Positions 61,449-64,000 of a DNA stretch of 64,000 bases are shown here, piece after piece. Every line of letters begins with the position of its first letter. Within the stretch, counting starts at the first letter, position 1. The translations under genes and the position numbers were made by a program. The notes below the pieces were generated by a model. It searched no databases, was not told where the DNA came from, and was given only the letters and a program-made list of their open reading frames with translations. This stretch comes from Pseudogymnoascus verrucosus (lineage: Eukaryota). Where the stretch lies: the NCBI GenBank assembly GCA_001662655.1, contig KV460236.1; one strand, given 5' to 3'.

Positions 61449-62750
61449 CTACTGCTGAATCCTCTCCGGCGGGGGGGCGCCGATAATCTGTGTATTCTGC
61501 GGCTGCGCATCCGCGATCTCCGGGTTCTGGCGGTAGAGGACGATTTCGGATTGTTTGAAGTAGCGGCGTGCGTCTGTGTGGAGTGTTAAATTGGGGTTCT
61601 TCTACTTTTGGTTTTCCCCATCCCCGCGGGGGAAGGATTGGAAGGGAAAAAAAGGGGGGGGGAAAGGGTGGGGGGGGAAAGAACGTACCTTCGTCGATAA
61701 GGACGAGACTGAGGTAGTAGCGGGTGGAGTATTTCTTGTTGACTTCGCGGAAGGTGGGGGTTAGGTCGAAGCCACCGAGGAAGAGGCGGATAGGGATTGT
61801 TTCGCCTGTGATTGTTAGTCTATGCCCCATTATACGAATAGGAAAGCAGGATTGAAGGTAGAAAAGGACAGGTGCGCCAAAACATACCTCTCGAAGGACT
61901 CCCATCCATAATCTCAAACCTCACCAACGTCTCACTCTCATTATACTGATTCGGCGCCGTCCCCGTCGTCTCCCTCCTAATAATACTCAACTCCATATGC
62001 TTAATCTTCAACCTCACCAGCAAAAAGTAAATCCTCCCGACAATCACATCCTTAAGATGGTACTTGCTCTTACTATACTCGAACTCGATGTGCAGGCAAT
62101 CCTCGATGCCGACATCCATCTTGATGCTGCTCTGCGTCTCCGGGGGGACTTTGTAGGAGTACACCCAGATGTCCTTTTCGCGGATGACGTCGGCCATGCG
62201 GCGGGAGACGGTGACGCGCACGAAGTAGCGGAGCTTGACGTTGATGCCGTTGTAGGACTCGTATTGCTTCTCGACGTTCTTGAAGTTGAAGGGGAAGGTT
62301 TGGGGGTGTTGCAGGTCGCCGGGGGCGGCGAGCTCTTGGCCAAGGGAGAGGAATTCGTAGTGGTTGCCGCGGTCGAAGAACATCTCTACGGGGGGCGGTT
62401 AGTTATGTTGCTCAATCCATTCATCACTCCTTGAACACCGGCAGGTTCTAGGAGCGCAACTTCCGCGTGTTCCGCACATCGCAGAGCACCGATATCCATC
62501 CAACTGAACGAGAGAAAGAAAGCAAGAACCTACCAATCGTCCCTATAAACTGGACCTTAATCCCCGTATGCTCCAACCTCTTCCCATCCTTCGGCCTCAC
62601 CGTGACCGCGCCCCTCACACTCTCCTCATCCTTATACAGTGGCGCCTTCTCTCTCCGATTCTTATCAAGCTTCACATCCACCATCTGCCGATCACTCGTG
62701 TCCTCGAGCACGACGTCGATATCGACAGGCGTGCTGAAGAAGTACGCCAT
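61449..62750 (-). CDS. VPS26: Retromer subunit Vps26 (Pep8); exons 62534-62750, 61888-62385, 61689-61805, 61449-61573
   Basis: Motifs KRLEHTGIKVQFIG, VEKQYESYNGINVKLRYF, IKMDVGIEDCLHIEFEY, FEIMDGSPSRGETIPIRLFL and RRYFKQSEI. Confidence 0.97.
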
Positions 62751-63661
62751 TACGGCGGGTTTGGTGTAGAGTAAGCTCACTGTGAGATTGTTTGCGCGGC
62801 CGAGACGGTGGGAGCAGAGAGCACTGATCGATTTACTGCCGATTGGGGAAGTGGCATGGATAGACGGTGGTTGCGACGCGGAGGTTGGCGGTGGTGGATT
62901 GGAAGGGACCGTATTCGCGGCCTGGCGACGTCAAGCTTGGGGTCCCGCTAGCGTCAACCGACAAGGCTGCGGTCTTGGCGCTGATGGCGGGAGCGACAGG
63001 CACGAGAATTGCTTCGCGGGCTGGAGAGGAATAATCACGTTACTATGTGCAATTAAAAGGGATATTTATATTTATCAATCTTTTTCTTCTCAAAATCAAA
63101 TTGTGCTACTCAATTGACAAAACGAAATACATAATTGTTTGTAATGTTGCCCAATTGTATGGCGACGATTGTGATAAGGCAGCCGTTTGGCGTTGAACAT
63201 CTAAAAGACAAATAAGTTATATATAGATTCTAGCATCCATAAACAAAATTTATTCCCCTCTTTCTTCCAAGCTCACTACCGTATAGCAGCACAAATAAAT
63301 GCCGTGACTCCCAAAACTCGCTGACATAAGACCAAAATTCTCACCTCGTACCGCCCTTTACTATACACACGACGTCATCCCCACACCCCGCAATCGCCCC
63401 AAACTACCACCACCACCCTCCAACGATGTAATGAGTAATCCAACCCCAGCGCTGACAACTAAATAAACTCCAATATAACCCCATCCACCTGCATCAACCC
63501 CTCCCTCCTCCTCGTATACAGCCAGCGCCAGCCCAATTATACCAATATATAAACCACCAAACCACCCTCCGATTCTCACAATGCCACAACCCCCCCAACC
63601 ACAACAATCCCACCCCATCATCCCCAACCCCCTCTCCCACCACCACACCCCCGGCTCCAAA

Positions 63662-64000
63662 ATGGCACGCGAAGAAGACATTAAAACCTACGGCTTCGCC
63701 GCCCTCCCCCGCTCCACCGCCGCCCTGCTTGCCAGCCGCGTGGACCCCAAGCAGCCCACCGAGTTGGGGGTTGATGATATCCCGCTCCCCGATTCTCCGC
63801 TGGCTGGGAAGGTGGTGGAGTATGCGAGGAGGGAGTTGCCGGTGGAGACTTTTAATCATAGTATGAGGGTGTTTTATTACGGTATATCCCCATTTCCCCC
63901 CCTTCGCCTGTCCACTTCGCCAAAACCGGGACTGATATAAGAATGTAGGAATCGCAATAGCTCGCTTCTCCTTCCCCGAACTCCTAACCCCCAGCTGGAT
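63662..64000 (+). CDS. Cyanamide hydratase-like HD-domain protein (Cah/Ddi2 family), 5' part only; intron 63882-63948
   Basis: YARRELPVETFNHSMRVFYYG|IAIAR is characteristic of the family; the gene runs off the window edge. Confidence 0.8.

Overview
Genomic DNA from a filamentous ascomycete, with short GT-AG introns and CTRAY branch sites. Exon boundaries were worked out by hand and family assignments come from recognised motifs; no database search was run. Left end (0-15 kb): a SCAP-like sterol-sensing protein, an aldo-keto reductase, a small conserved protein and an orphan protein built from ~56-aa repeats. 15-23.6 kb: four co-oriented genes (S66/MccF-like peptidase, Zn2Cys6 regulator, phenylacetate 2-hydroxylase CYP504A, fumarylacetoacetase). 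All three enzyme genes have a CGG-N7-CCG element upstream, which suggests a phenylacetate/homogentisate catabolic unit that has recruited an amide hydrolase; this is the best candidate for an undescribed system. 24-30 kb: a family-16 methyltransferase, tRNA-Trp(CCA) and a conserved hypothetical gene. 34.6-46.3 kb: an accessory-looking block with a kinase pseudogene, a divergent SDR/Zn2Cys6 pair, pogo/Fot1 and LINE remnants, a NACHT-ankyrin NLR whose near-identical repeats contain an assembly gap, and a long palindrome upstream of the NLR. Right end: a heme-less FMN hydroxy-acid dehydrogenase, a Cys-rich GPI protein, a cholesterol-oxidase-like GMC/alpha-beta-hydrolase fusion, an SVIP-like small protein, a Zap1/ZafA-like regulator with clustered zinc-response motifs in its own promoter, VPS26, and the start of a cyanamide hydratase.
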